From Mobula hypostoma (taxonomy: Eukaryota), in NCBI RefSeq assembly GCF_963921235.1, contig NC_086097.1, positions 86,678,001 through 86,742,000 on the forward strand: a DNA stretch of 64,000 nt. Reading direction: 5' to 3'. This document shows, in pieces, positions 52,900 to 64,000 of the stretch; the stretch's first letter is position 1, and each line of letters starts with the position of its first letter. Under the pieces are notes generated by a model. It did not search any database. It had not been told where the DNA came from and worked only from the letters and a program-made list of their open reading frames with translations. The position numbers and the translations under genes were made by a program.

Positions 52900-55546
52900 A
52901 CACACATCAAAGTTGCTGGTGAACGCAGCAGGCCAGGTAGCATCTCTAGGAAGAGGTGCAGTCGACGTTTCAGGCCGAGACCCTTCGTCAGGACTAACTG
53001 AAGGAAGAGTGAGTAAGAGATTTGAAAGTGGGAGGGGGAGATCCAAAATGATAGGAGAAAACAGGAGGGGGAGGTGATAGGCAAAAGGGATACGAGAGGA
53101 TCATGGGACAGGAGGTCCAGGAAGAAAGACAAGGGTGGGGGGGGGGAACCCAGAGGATGGGCAAGGGGTATATTCAGAGGGACAGAGGGAGAAAAAGGAG
53201 AGTGAGAGAAAGAATGTGTGTATATAAATAAGTAACAGATGGGGTACGAGGGGGAGGTGGGGCATTAGCGGAAGTTAGAGAAGTCGATGTTCATGCCATC
53301 AGGTTGGAGGCTACCCAGACGGAATATAAGGTGTTGTTCCGCCAACCTGAGTGTGGCTTCATCTTTACAGTAGAGGAGGCCGTGGATAGACATGTCAGAA
53401 TGGGAATGGGATGTGGAATTAAAATGTGTGGCCACTGGGAGATCCTGCTTTCTCTGGCGGACAGAGCTTTCTCAGGCGGGGAGAGAAAGATGTGCTTAGT
53501 GGTGGGATCCCGTTGGAGGTGGCGGAAGTTACGGAGAATAATATGTTGGACCCGGAGGCTGGTGGGGTGGTAGGTTAGGACCAGGGGAACCCTATTCCTA
53601 GTGGGGTGGGGGGAGGATGGAGTGAGAGCAGATGTACGTGAAATGGGGGAGATGCGTTTAAGAGCAGAGTTGATAGTGGAGGAAGGGAAGCCCCTTTCTT
53701 TAAAAAAGGAAGACATCTCCCTCGTCCTAGAATGAAAAGCTTCATCCTGAGAGCAGATGCGGCGGAGATGGAGGAATTGCGAGAAGGGGATGGCGTTTTT
53801 GCAAGAGACAGGGTGAGAAGAGGAATAGTCCAGATAGCTGTGAGAGTCAGTAGGCTTATAGTAGATATCAGTGGATAAGCTGTCTCCAGAGACAGAGACA
53901 GAAAGATCTAGAAAGGGGAGGGAGGTGTCGGAAATGGACCATGTAAACTTGAGGGCAGGGTGAAAGTTGGAGGCAAAGTTAATAAAGTCAACGAGCTCTG
54001 CATGCGTGCAGGAAGCAGCGCCAATGCAGTCGTCGATGTAGCGAAGGAAAAGTGGGGGACAGATACCAGAATAGGCACGGAACATAGATTGTTCCACAAA
54101 GCCAACAAAAAGGCAGGCATAGCTAGGACCCATACGGGTGCCCATAGCTACACCTTTAGAACAAAAAGGCAGGCATAGCTAGGACCCATATGACACCTCC
54201 CTCCCCTTTCTAGATCTTTCTGTCTCTGTCTCTGGAGACAGCTTATCCACTGATGTCTACTATAAGCCTACTGACTCTCATAGCTATCTGGACTATTCCT
54301 CTTCTCACCCTGTCTCTTGCAAAAACGCCAGCCCCTTCTCGCAATTCCTCCGTCTCCGCCGCATCTGCTCTCAGGATGAGGCTTTTCATTCTAGAACGAG
54401 GGAGATGTCTTCCTTTTTAAAGAAAGGGGCTTCCCTTCCTCCAATATCAACTCTGCTCTTAAATGCATCTCCCCCATTTCACGTACATCTGCTCTCGCTC
54501 CATCCTCCCGCCACCCCACTTGGAATAGGGTTCCCCTGGTCCTCACCTACCACCCCACCAGCCTCCGGGTCCAACATATTATTCTCCGTAACTTCCGCCA
54601 CCTCCAACAGGATCCCACCACTAAGCACATCTTTCTCTCCCCCTCCCCTCTGCATTCTGCAGGGATCGCTCCCTACGCAACTCCCTTGTCCATTCGTCCT
54701 CCCCATCCCTCCCCACTGATCTCCCTCCTGGCACTTATCCGTGTAAGCGGAACAAGTGCTACACATGCCCTTACACTTCCTCCCTTACCACCATTCAGGG
54801 CCCCAAACGGTCCTTCCAGGTGAGACAACACTTCACCTGTGAGTCGGCTGGGGTGATATACTGCATCCGGTGCTCCCGATATGGCCTCTTATATATTGGC
54901 GAGACCCGACGCAGACTGGGAGACCGCTTTACTGAACACCTACGCTCTGTCCGCCAGAGAAAGCAGGATCTCCCAGTGGCCACACATTTTAATTCCACAT
55001 CCCATTCCCATTCTGACATGTCTATCCACGGCCTCCTCTACTGTAAAGATGAAGCCACACTCAGGTTGGAGGAACAACACCTTGTATTCCGTCTGGGTAG
55101 CCTCCAACCTGATGGCATGAACATTGACTTCTCTAACTTCCGCTAATGCCCCACCTCCCCCTCGTACCCCATCTGTTATTTATTTTTATACACACATTCT
55201 TTCTCTCACTCTCCTTTTTCTCCCTCTGTCCCTCTGAATATACCCCTTGCCCATCCTCTGGGTTCCCCCCACTTGTCTTTCTTCCCGGACCTCCTGTCCC
55301 ATGATCCTCTCGTATCCCTTTTGCCTATCACCTCCCCCTCCTGTCTTCTCCTATCATTTTGGATCTCCCCCTCCCCCTCCAACTTTCAAATCCCTTACTC
55401 ACTCTTCCTTCAGTTAGTCCTGACGAAGGGTCTCGGCCTGAAATGTCGACTGCACCTCTTCCTAGAGATGCTGCCTGGCCTGCTGCGTTCACCAGCAACT
55501 TCGATGTGTGTTGCTTGAATTTCCAGCATCTGCAGAATTCCTGTTG
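52900..55546. mobile_element. Young Penelope-like (Neptune-type) element in inverted configuration; left arm minus (to ~54190), right arm plus (from ~54192)
   Basis: RT motifs GVAMGTRMGPSYA and LRYIDD (left arm). Cys-rich linker and GIY-YIG GVIYCIRC..LYIGET..RF.EH (54820-55146). TSD TTAAACAATTATGTA at 52885-52899 and 55547-55561. Confidence 0.93.
52960..52995 (-). ncRNA. Minimal type I hammerhead ribozyme motif
   Basis: The minus strand reads AGTCCTGACGAAGGGTCTCGGCCTGAAACGTCGACT. The partner at 55416-55451 (+) has GAAATGTC. Confidence 0.75.
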
Positions 55547-55710
55547 TTAAACAATTATGTATTGGGTTTGTGAAGTCATTTTTAATTGTATTGAATGGCC
55601 AGAGTCATACAGCACATTGGCAGACTTTTTGGCACAACTGGTCCATGCTGATCAAGATGCTCATCTCAGTAAGTCCCACTAGCCTGTACTTGGGCCTTAT
55701 TCCTCTAAAC

Positions 55711-55790
55711 CAGTGATCCTCAACCTGGGGTCCATGGACCTTTTGCTTAATTGTATCGGTCCATTCCATAAATAAGGTTGGGAACCCCTG
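55711..55790. mobile_element. 80-bp hAT/Charlie-type MITE inside a CR1 3' fragment (~55595-56000, minus)
   Basis: TIRs CAGTGATCCTCAACC / GGTTGGGAACCCCTG, with flanks CTCTAAAC / CGCTAAAC (7 of 8 match). Confidence 0.8.
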
Positions 55791-56392
55791 CGCTAAACTC
55801 TTCCTAACCATGAAGTGGCTTTTAATTGTTGTTTATATACCTACTCAGCCACTTCCTCTACAGACTACCCTCAGGGTGAAAAAGTTAACTGTTGGGTTCC
55901 TATTAAATCTCGCCCTTTTCACGCTAAACCTGCGACCTCTAATTCTTGATTTCCACAACCCTGAGCAAAAGACAGTTTGCATCCACCCAATCTGTGTCCC
56001 TTGGTGTGCACATTTTATTTTTGTTTTGTATAATACTGAATGTTTAAGGAATGAGTGTTAGGCTTTATAAATATGTGAATTAAGTACATGAGTTAAGAAA
56101 GAGAAATTTGGAGTAGGGGATTGCTGCTAATAAGATTATGGATCATAGTTACTCTTGGTGCTCAATATAAACTGTGAACGTGGATATCTCACTAAAAATT
56201 TATAAATTGGTGAGGCATTTTAGTGCTATGAAATAAACTTTTTTTCAGTTTAACAGTAGAAAACCAAAGAAAATTAGGGAATTAGAATAAGTGAGATATT
56301 CAGATTAATAAGTGATATTCAGATTAATAAATGATATTCAGATTAAGGGTTCCTTATATCTAAATTATGAAGCACCAGTTATAGAATTGTAC

Positions 56393-57981
56393 ATAGAACA
56401 TAGAAATCTACAGCACACTGCAGGCCCTTCGGCCCACAATGTTGTATCAAGCATGTAACCTACCCTAGAAACTGCTTAGAATTACCCTACTGCATAGCCC
56501 CCTATTCTACTAAGCTCCATGTGCCTATCTAAGATTATCTTAATAGAACCAATTGTATCCACCTCCACCACCGCCACCAGCAGTGCATTCTACACACCCA
56601 CCACTCTGTGTGAAAAATTTACCCCTGACATCCCCTCTGCATCTACTTCCAATCACCTTAAAACTATGCCCCTCATGTAAGCCATTTCAGCCCTGGGAAA
56701 AAGCCTCTGGTTATCCACACGATCAATACCTCTCATCATCTTATATACCTCCATCAGATCACCTGTCATCTTCTGTCGCTCCAAGGAGAAAAGGTTGAGT
56801 TCACTCAACCTGTTCTCATAAGGCACACTCTCCAATCCAGGCAATATCCTTGTAAATCTCCTCTGCACTCTTTCTATCATATCCACATCCTTCCTGTAGT
56901 GAGGTGACCAGAACTGAACACAGTACTCCAAGTGGGTTCTGACCAAGGTCTTGTATAGCTGTAACATTACCTCACAGCTCTTGAACTCAATCCCATGGTT
57001 GATGAATGCCAACACACCATACGCCTTCTTAACAACACTGTCAACATGCACAGTAGCTTTGACTGTCCTATGGACACGGACACTAAGAGCTCTCTGATCC
57101 TCCACACTGCCAAGAGTCTTACAATTAATATTATATTCTGTCTCCATATTACCAAAATAAACCACTTCAGACTTAACTGGGTTGAAGTCCATCTGCCACT
57201 TCCTGGCCCAGATCTGCATCCTATCGATGTCCTGCTGTAACCTCTGACAACCTTCCAGACTACCCACAACACCCCCTAACCTTTGTGTCATCAGTAAACT
57301 TACTAACCCTCCCTTCTACTACTTCATCTAGGTCATTTATAAAAATCATAAAGAGGAGGGGTTCCAGAACAAATTCCTGCGGAACACCACTGGTTACCAA
57401 CCTCCAAGTAGAATACGAACCACCTACAGGCACCCTTTGCTTTCTGTGGGCAAGCCAATGCTGGATCCACAAAGCAAGCTCTCCTTGGATCTCGTGCCTC
57501 CTTATTTTCTGAATATGCCTTGCACGGGGAACCTTATCAAATGCCTTATTGAAATCCATATTCATCACATCCACTGCTCTACCTTCATCAATGTGTTTCG
57601 TTACATTCTCAAAGAATTTAATCAGACTCTTAAAGCACAACCTGCCCTTGACAAAGCTATTGTGACTATCCCTAATCAGATATGTCTCTCCAAATGCTCA
57701 TAGATCCTACCTCTCAGGATCTTCTTCAACAACTTACCCATCATTGAAGTAAGGCTCACTGGTCTATAATTTCCTGGGTTATCTCTACTTCCTTTCTTGA
57801 ACAAAGAAACAACATTTGCAGCTCTCCAATCCTCTGGTACTTCTGTCCCAATTGATGATGTAAAGATCACTGTCAGAGGCTCAGCAATCTTCTTCCTCGC
57901 TTCCCACAGTAGCCTGGTTTATATCTCGTCTGGTCCTGGTGACTTATCTAACTTAATGCTTTTCAAAAGCTTCAGCACATC
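56393..57981 (-). mobile_element. CR1 LINE, 5'-truncated
   Basis: NPGNYRPVSLTS, DFNKAFDKVP, SKFTDD and HLEYCVQFWSPHYRKD on the minus strand, plus a CR1 tail. Confidence 0.92.
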
Positions 57982-58065
57982 ATAATGCTTTTCGAAAGCT
58001 CCAGCACATCTTAATGCTTTTCGAAAGCTCTAGCACATCTTAACGTTTTTCGAAAGCTCTAGCAC
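57953..58065. repeat. Tandem repeat, ~4 x 29 bp, at the CR1 5' junction
   Basis: TTAATGCTTTTC(A/G)AAAGCT..AGCACATC repeated four times. Confidence 0.9.
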
Positions 58066-58934
58066 GTTTGCACACAGTTTCGAAACAGGCCATTCACCCA
58101 CTATGGCAATGTTGCATATTGTACACAACCATACCAATCCAGTATACCCACACTATCCCTGAAGGCTCTCCATGCCCTGATTAACCATACTTCTGTCCAA
58201 ATGCTTCTCCAATTTCATAAGAGCATCTGCCTCCATCAGTATAGCAAAAAAAAATGATTGGCAATTGAACCCAAGGCATTATAATTCCAGGACATTAGAA
58301 CTATGTGACAAACAAATGTGTTTTGATCAGTTACTCATGATTTTATTCCATTTTTAAGAGTACTGAAAAGAGAGGCAAAAACAGACACTCAGTTGGAGTG
58401 TACTTATGGACTTTTATCGGGATGGTTTCAGAAAGCTCTGTTTTCATCTGGTGGCCATGGGACCATGAGGTGGAACAGTGTTCAGCAGTAGAGTGCACAA
58501 AAGCCAATGTGGTGGTGTGTTATTTTGGCTGGCATCCCTGCAGCATTCTTGAAGTTTTCTGGGCCATGTTTACCCTAATACTTTTGTTCAGTTTTCATTA
58601 GATGAGGTTCATTTTTTTCTTTCTATATTATAATGTATTGTATTGCTGCTGCTGAGTTAAGAAACTTAATGACGCATGCTGGTGATAACAAACCTGATTC
58701 TGATTCTGATATGTTAGAGACCAAGAAAGGATGGCAAGGGTATTCAGAATGAGGCTTCTTGTTATGTTATCCTCTGTGACAGGAAAACACAAGTTTCTTT
58801 CTAGCTTCCTAGTATGTTTAAGTAGACCATTGATCCAGTCCAGGTTGGCTTGGTGGCATGAAGTCCAGGCGGGGGCATTCTAGTTGATGAAGGCCATTTG
58901 CAATCACCCTGTTTCCTGTAATTTGATACTTGAG

Positions 58935-59557
58935 CAGACATCCCACCTCTCCCGGAACTTCCAGGAGTCTCCCGCATATTAATAGTGGCTCCCTGATGCC
59001 CGCAAATTATATACAATATCACGGAAATCAATTTTTTTGAGAACGAGAGCGACCACGAGAGAGAGAGAGAGCAAGCGAGAAAGTGAGAGAGAAAGAGCGA
59101 GAGAGAGCGCGCGCGAGCGAGAGCAGAAGCAAGTGAGAGAGGGAGAGAGAGTGAGCAAGAGAGAAAGCAAGTGAGAGCGCGTGAGCGACCACAGGAGAGA
59201 GAGAGAGAGAGTGCACGCCATTGCAGAGTGTTCCAAAAAAATATAAAATGTACATCACCCCAGACTACACTAAAGTGTACCCCTGCCTAATAGGGGTCAA
59301 AATAATGACAGTGTTGCTCACTGCACTGTTTGCAACAATGACTTTTCTATTGTCCATGGTGGGTTAAGACTGTAAAAGACATGTTGAGGTGAGTTTAACA
59401 GGTGTCATTCGTTCATTAGCATAGCTAACGTTATTTAAACTAGCTGGCCAGCTGCTAAGGAGCTACTCTACTGCAGACATCCCACCTCTCCCGGAAGTCT
59501 CCCGCAAATTGATGGTGCTATCTCCTGGAAATGAGTTTTTGCAGGGTGGGATGTCTG
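58935..59557. mobile_element. Composite MITE, second copy
   Basis: Same TIRs and body as 46457-47019, a 7-bp TSD ACTTGAG, and a longer GA-rich tract. Confidence 0.9.
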
Positions 59558-60417
59558 ACTTGAGGCAACAGTGCAATAAGGCTGATTAGATGAGGTTCCA
59601 GGAATTATTGTAAGGTCTGTGGCTGTGTAGTTGAAAAGAGCTAGGGCAAGCAATGAGGCCTCTTCCCCACCCCAAACTCCCACTTCTTTTTGAGTCTTTG
59701 TGCTTGCTCTTGTTGCCAAAATAGCGCAAAATATTTTTTTCAACAGGATACAAATGATTGTTATGTTATTATGGATCTAGTGATAATAACTAAACAGGCA
59801 TGGTGCAAGGCAAAGGGAAATGACAGAGGAAAAAAGAGATTAGACTTCTGAATTAAGCTCTGGTGGTGGGTGAGGGGAATGAAAATGTCCCAGGAATATA
59901 CAGCAAGTCAGGCGGCATTTGTTAGGAGAAAAACAAAGTTCATGCTTCAGTTCAATGATCTTTCATTTTTCCTGGTATTTACAAATTATTCAGTGCCTTA
60001 TTCAATTTTGACAGTGCATATAAGAGTATTCAAGCTATAAAGTAAGTGCTGAGATGAGTTTGAAAGTTAATGCCCAACATCAAAGAATTGAGCAGCATGG
60101 AAAAATAGCTGTTCAGAAATGTGGATATGTAAACTAGATCTTAAACAATATTGTTGAAGAACACTGGTTCATGTTTTGCGAGGATATTGATACTGGAGTG
60201 TAATGTGCATCTTGACAAACAAAATTTTTGGAACTCTCTTGAACTCTTCTGAAGCAGCAAGCTTCAAACAATCTAGTCAAACAAGCAGGAAATACCTTTA
60301 TTCAACCAAGTAACTTTTGGATGTAGATTTAATCATGTTTTACGGAGTCATTTTGTGTTTTGACGTGTTTATGCTGCTTGACTTGCTAAATCACTGTTAA
60401 ATCTACAATAAAGAAGA

Positions 60418-60608
60418 GAAAATCTGCAGATGCTGGAGCACCAAGTAACTAACACCCCCCCCCCCACCCCCAGAGGAACTAAGCAAGGCAGGCCAAGCAG
60501 CATCTCTGGAAAAGAGTACGGCTGATGTTTCATCAAAACATCAACTGTACTCTTTTTCCATAGATGCTGTCTGGCCTGATGAATTCCTCCAGCATTTTGT
60601 GTGTGTTA
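60418..60608. mobile_element. Older, collapsed palindromic Penelope pseudo-LTR pair
   Basis: AAATCTGCAGATGCTGG...GCAGCATCTCTGGAAAAGAGTAC pairs with GTACTCTTTTTCCATAGATGCTG...TTGTGTGTGTT. Confidence 0.7.
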
Positions 60609-60948
60609 TCTTAATCTATTTCAAGTTATTTGCTCTCGATGGATATACAGCAAAGGTTAAATACTGTACATTTCTACCTGGTGAATGGAGTTAGCAATAT
60701 CATACAAGTTGAAAGAGTTAATATGATATTAGAAATGGACTTGGTAGAAACTTGAAATATACCAGCATTTGAGATGTATAACGATACTGCAACCCTAGAA
60801 CATCCACATTTTTCTCTTTAACTGAGAATACCATAGCTTACATTCAAGGTGAAAATGGGCAAAGTGAAGTACAAATAATTTAATCGACTGGGATAGCAAA
60901 ATTGTGATGGATAAATTTGTTGCATTGAGATAAAATGCGATGGTTTTA

Positions 60949-61428
60949 TGAGGGGTGATTGATAAGTTCGAGGCCTAAGGTAGAGGAGTCAATTTTGGAA
61001 AACCTAGCATACTTATCTTTCAACATAGTCCCCTCCTGCATGTGCACACTTAGTCCAGCAGTCGTGGAGCATACGGATCCCTTCTTTGTAGAAGTGGTCC
61101 ACAGCAGGGGTGATTGATAGGTTTGTGGCCTAAGGTAGAAGGAGATGAGTTATACAGCTCTCGTTATATGCACATGCAGTTCAACTCTTTGAGTGAAAAT
61201 GCAGGAAGTTTGAAGTTAATAACTCATCTCCTTCTACCTTAGGCCACAAACTTATCAATCACCCCTGCTGTTGACCACTTCTGGAGGTCCAAGATGCCGA
61301 CTTCTGCAAAGAAGGGATCCGTATGCTCCATGACAGCTGGACTAAGTGTGTAATATAGAAAAAATAAATGTGATAGGTTTTCTAAAACCCCTTCTACCTT
61401 AGGCCACAAACTTATCAATCACCCCTCG
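60949..61428. mobile_element. Mariner-type palindromic MITE with duplicated internal TIRs
   Basis: GAGGGGTGATTGATAAGTT / AACTTATCAATCACCCCTC at the ends and again at ~61107 and ~61266. TA on the left, TG on the right. Confidence 0.82.
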
Positions 61429-62269
61429 TGTATTACCTTAAAACTTTGTATCAGTAAAATTTATTGGTTGGTTTTAGAATCATAAATCCTTTTACATATT
61501 CCAAGCAGGTAAGATATTTTAGTCAACTCTGCTGCACATCCCACTCAAGTTAGTAGTTAAACTTAGTATGTTACTAGTTACCATCTTGCTCAGCAGAGTT
61601 GCTGATTTCATGAAATATGATTTACACATTCTTCGTATGAAGAAAATTATGATTATAACTCCATGTTTTTACAGAACAGATGTGTGAAATTAGAGCCAGT
61701 TGCAGATACAGATTCCCAGAAATGCTCCTTGTAACTGAACCATAAGAACCTAGCAACAGAGTTGAGTCTGTGTTCTTTATATGCAACAAAAAAATAATTT
61801 TGTTTGGAATTTGAAAGCAAGGCTAAAAGAAAACATCACAAAAAATATCCTATCTTAAAGCCTACATTTTCAAGGGGTAGAATAGTCATGATTTCATGCT
61901 TCTGAAAAATCATTTTTCACCATGTTAATGTTCAGTAATTTTTAAATCTGTCACTTTAAGAATTACACTTGGATCCATAGGTTTCTTTATTGCCTGCTTT
62001 GTTATTATAATAAAGAAATATTGAATTTTTCTAAATTGAATTTTGGAAAATTACCTCAAAATATACACAAGATTTCTTAAAATGTAGTGCAGTTCAATGG
62101 AATCAAATTAACTAGTCTCCTTACACACAAACCTTTCTCTAAGATAGATTTTAAACTGTTCTTGCTAGCTTTTACATGCCTGTTAATTTGATAGGAAAAG
62201 ACAATTCAACACCTGGAGCTTGTCAGCAATTTAATATACAAGATATGCACAGGTGCAAAGAGGAACTCG

Positions 62270-63025
62270 ATTCCAAGATTCAAAGTTCAAATGTATTTAT
62301 CACATGTACATCAAAACGTACAATAAAATGCATTGTTTGTGTTAACTGACACACACCTGAGGGTGTGCTGGTGGCAACCTGCTAGTGTCGCCACACATCT
62401 GGCACCAATGTAGCATGGCCACATGCTCGGCAAAACGTTAGAAAATAGAACACAATAAGTAACGAAACAATAATAACAAAACAGGCCCTATTCCCTCCCA
62501 CACTTGCACGTACACGGTCCTCCAACCCCAGGACAGGCTATCTTCAGCCTCCAGTCTCCAGTGGACTTGTCCCACCGGGCCTGGTTGGTTAACAAATTGC
62601 CCGAGATGTGGTGGTTAATGAAATTCTGCGTTGCAGAGATTGGGCCTGTGGCTTTCCCTAGCCAACTCACAGGGAGGTTCACAGATTCAGGCCTTGGCCA
62701 ACAGGTCTTGACTTTCGGACTTCTGATTTGACCCTCAGGCCTCGATCCTTGGCATTGGCCCCAGAACCAGCCAGTCACCAAACACTAGGCCTCAAAATCC
62801 AGACTCACCAATGATGGAGCCCTCTACATTAGGTCTTTTACTCAGGTCTCACCGATTTGCGAACCCAGAGGATCACTGGAACTCATTCCTCCTGCACACA
62901 TGGATACCTGACTCCAGAACCCGCTGACAACACGCTAACCTGGGAGAGCCACCAGCCATCATCCACAGTCGTCTGCCGGCCTGATATCTGACCACTGTTA
63001 TCCACGTCCACGTTGCTGGCACATA
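62270..63025 (-). mobile_element. Non-autonomous retroposon, same family as 16870-17581
   Basis: Shares the AAATGCAT...GAGGG.TGCTGG...GTGT.GCCACACATC block and a (TTCAAAG)-type tail. Confidence 0.55.
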
Positions 63026-64000
63026 TCATCAGATAAGCAGCATAAATTAAAATAAATTATATACAATTTTTACAAGAAATAATACAATTGGAACCAAAAA
63101 AAAATTGGAACCTTGGTTCTGCAATTTTTAATACCTTTGGCAAACATAATGATCAAAATGTCAGCCTATCTAGATAGAACAGCTTTTGGAAGAGAATTCT
63201 AGTCCAGGTCTAATTTTCAATAATTAAGGCACTTTCGCCCAGTTTTGCAGAGGCTTGATATCTGCGCTCACTGGTTACGTACATTAATGCCGCACACTTT
63301 ACCTTTCCATTTTGTTCTTTGGCTTATAGTGATATCTGCAACTATATCCCTTTGATCTATCATATTTCATTTATGACCATTTCAAATATACTTTGAACTT
63401 TAAAATAAATGGTCTCTTAAATTCCAATGCAGAACTTTACGTCCCATATTTTTGTATACGTAACCAATCAGTTCTTTTGTTGCCATTACCACTCCTTTTC
63501 TACCATTTAAGTAGCTTGCATCCAATGGCAATGCGGCTTCCAGTTTTATACACATTTCTGAAGTCTGTAGAATTTTTATCACATTCCCTGATTTCCATGT
63601 CAGTAACATTTGTTGATGTAATCAGTATGAGCTGAAGGTTGGAATGTAGGTTATGGGAAGAAAAAAGATGCTATTAATTTGAGAGAGGGTAGTGGATTCA
63701 TATTTTATGGCGCCTCTGCTATTATGCTTGGGACAGCTGTGCAGCAGAGGATGACAGCCTTAACTCTTCACATGAATAAATTCCAAAGCCATGTTGCAGG
63801 ACTCTGACCATGGATGGCAGTAATCTGAGCTCCCAGGCAACATTCATGTGGCATGTCTGATGCAACATTGTGCAACTTCTAATCAACGTCTTAGTAGTTT
63901 AGAATAGGCGGATGTTATTTCCATTGTATTTAAAATAAACATTAACGAGTATGGTTAAGGAGACAGAGATGTGATAAGATGATGATATATACTACAAAGT

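Noticed and set aside
56290..56346. ~3 x 19-20 bp repeat GATATTCAGATTAATAA
   Set aside because: Ordinary short slippage repeat with no supporting context.
57953..58065. CRISPR-like array
   Set aside because: The repeats are contiguous with no spacers, derive from CR1, and sit in a eukaryotic context with no cas genes.
61675..61734. Candidate next PCNX1 exon after TTTTTACAG
   Set aside because: Phase-0 translation (NRCVKLEPVADTDSQKCSL*) does not resemble the expected PCNX1 continuation. The next exon is probably beyond the window.

Overview
This is eukaryotic intronic DNA, not prokaryotic. The repeat families suggest a cartilaginous fish, probably a ray (inference). The only host-gene coding sequence I can support is two + strand exons of pecanex-like 1 (PCNX1), at 22162-22370 and 50819-50924. 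They join in frame across a ~28.4 kb intron, and the rest of the window is probably intronic. Much of the remainder is transposable elements, often deeply nested: CR1, Rex1/Babar and RTE LINEs; Penelope-like elements with minimal hammerhead ribozymes and inverted (palindromic) architecture; a full-length Charlie/Buster hAT; Chapaev3-type, Tc1, Tigger and mariner-type elements; a non-autonomous Helitron; two solo LTRs; old Deu-domain SINE remnants; and several MITEs. The most notable structures are (i) three inverted Penelope insertions sharing one asymmetric end, two with TSDs and hammerhead cores, (ii) a multi-layer nested insertion stack whose order can be read from TSDs, and (iii) an unclassified composite MITE with 6-7 bp TSDs. 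Family names come from recalled motifs, not from a database search. I found no clearly new biological system.
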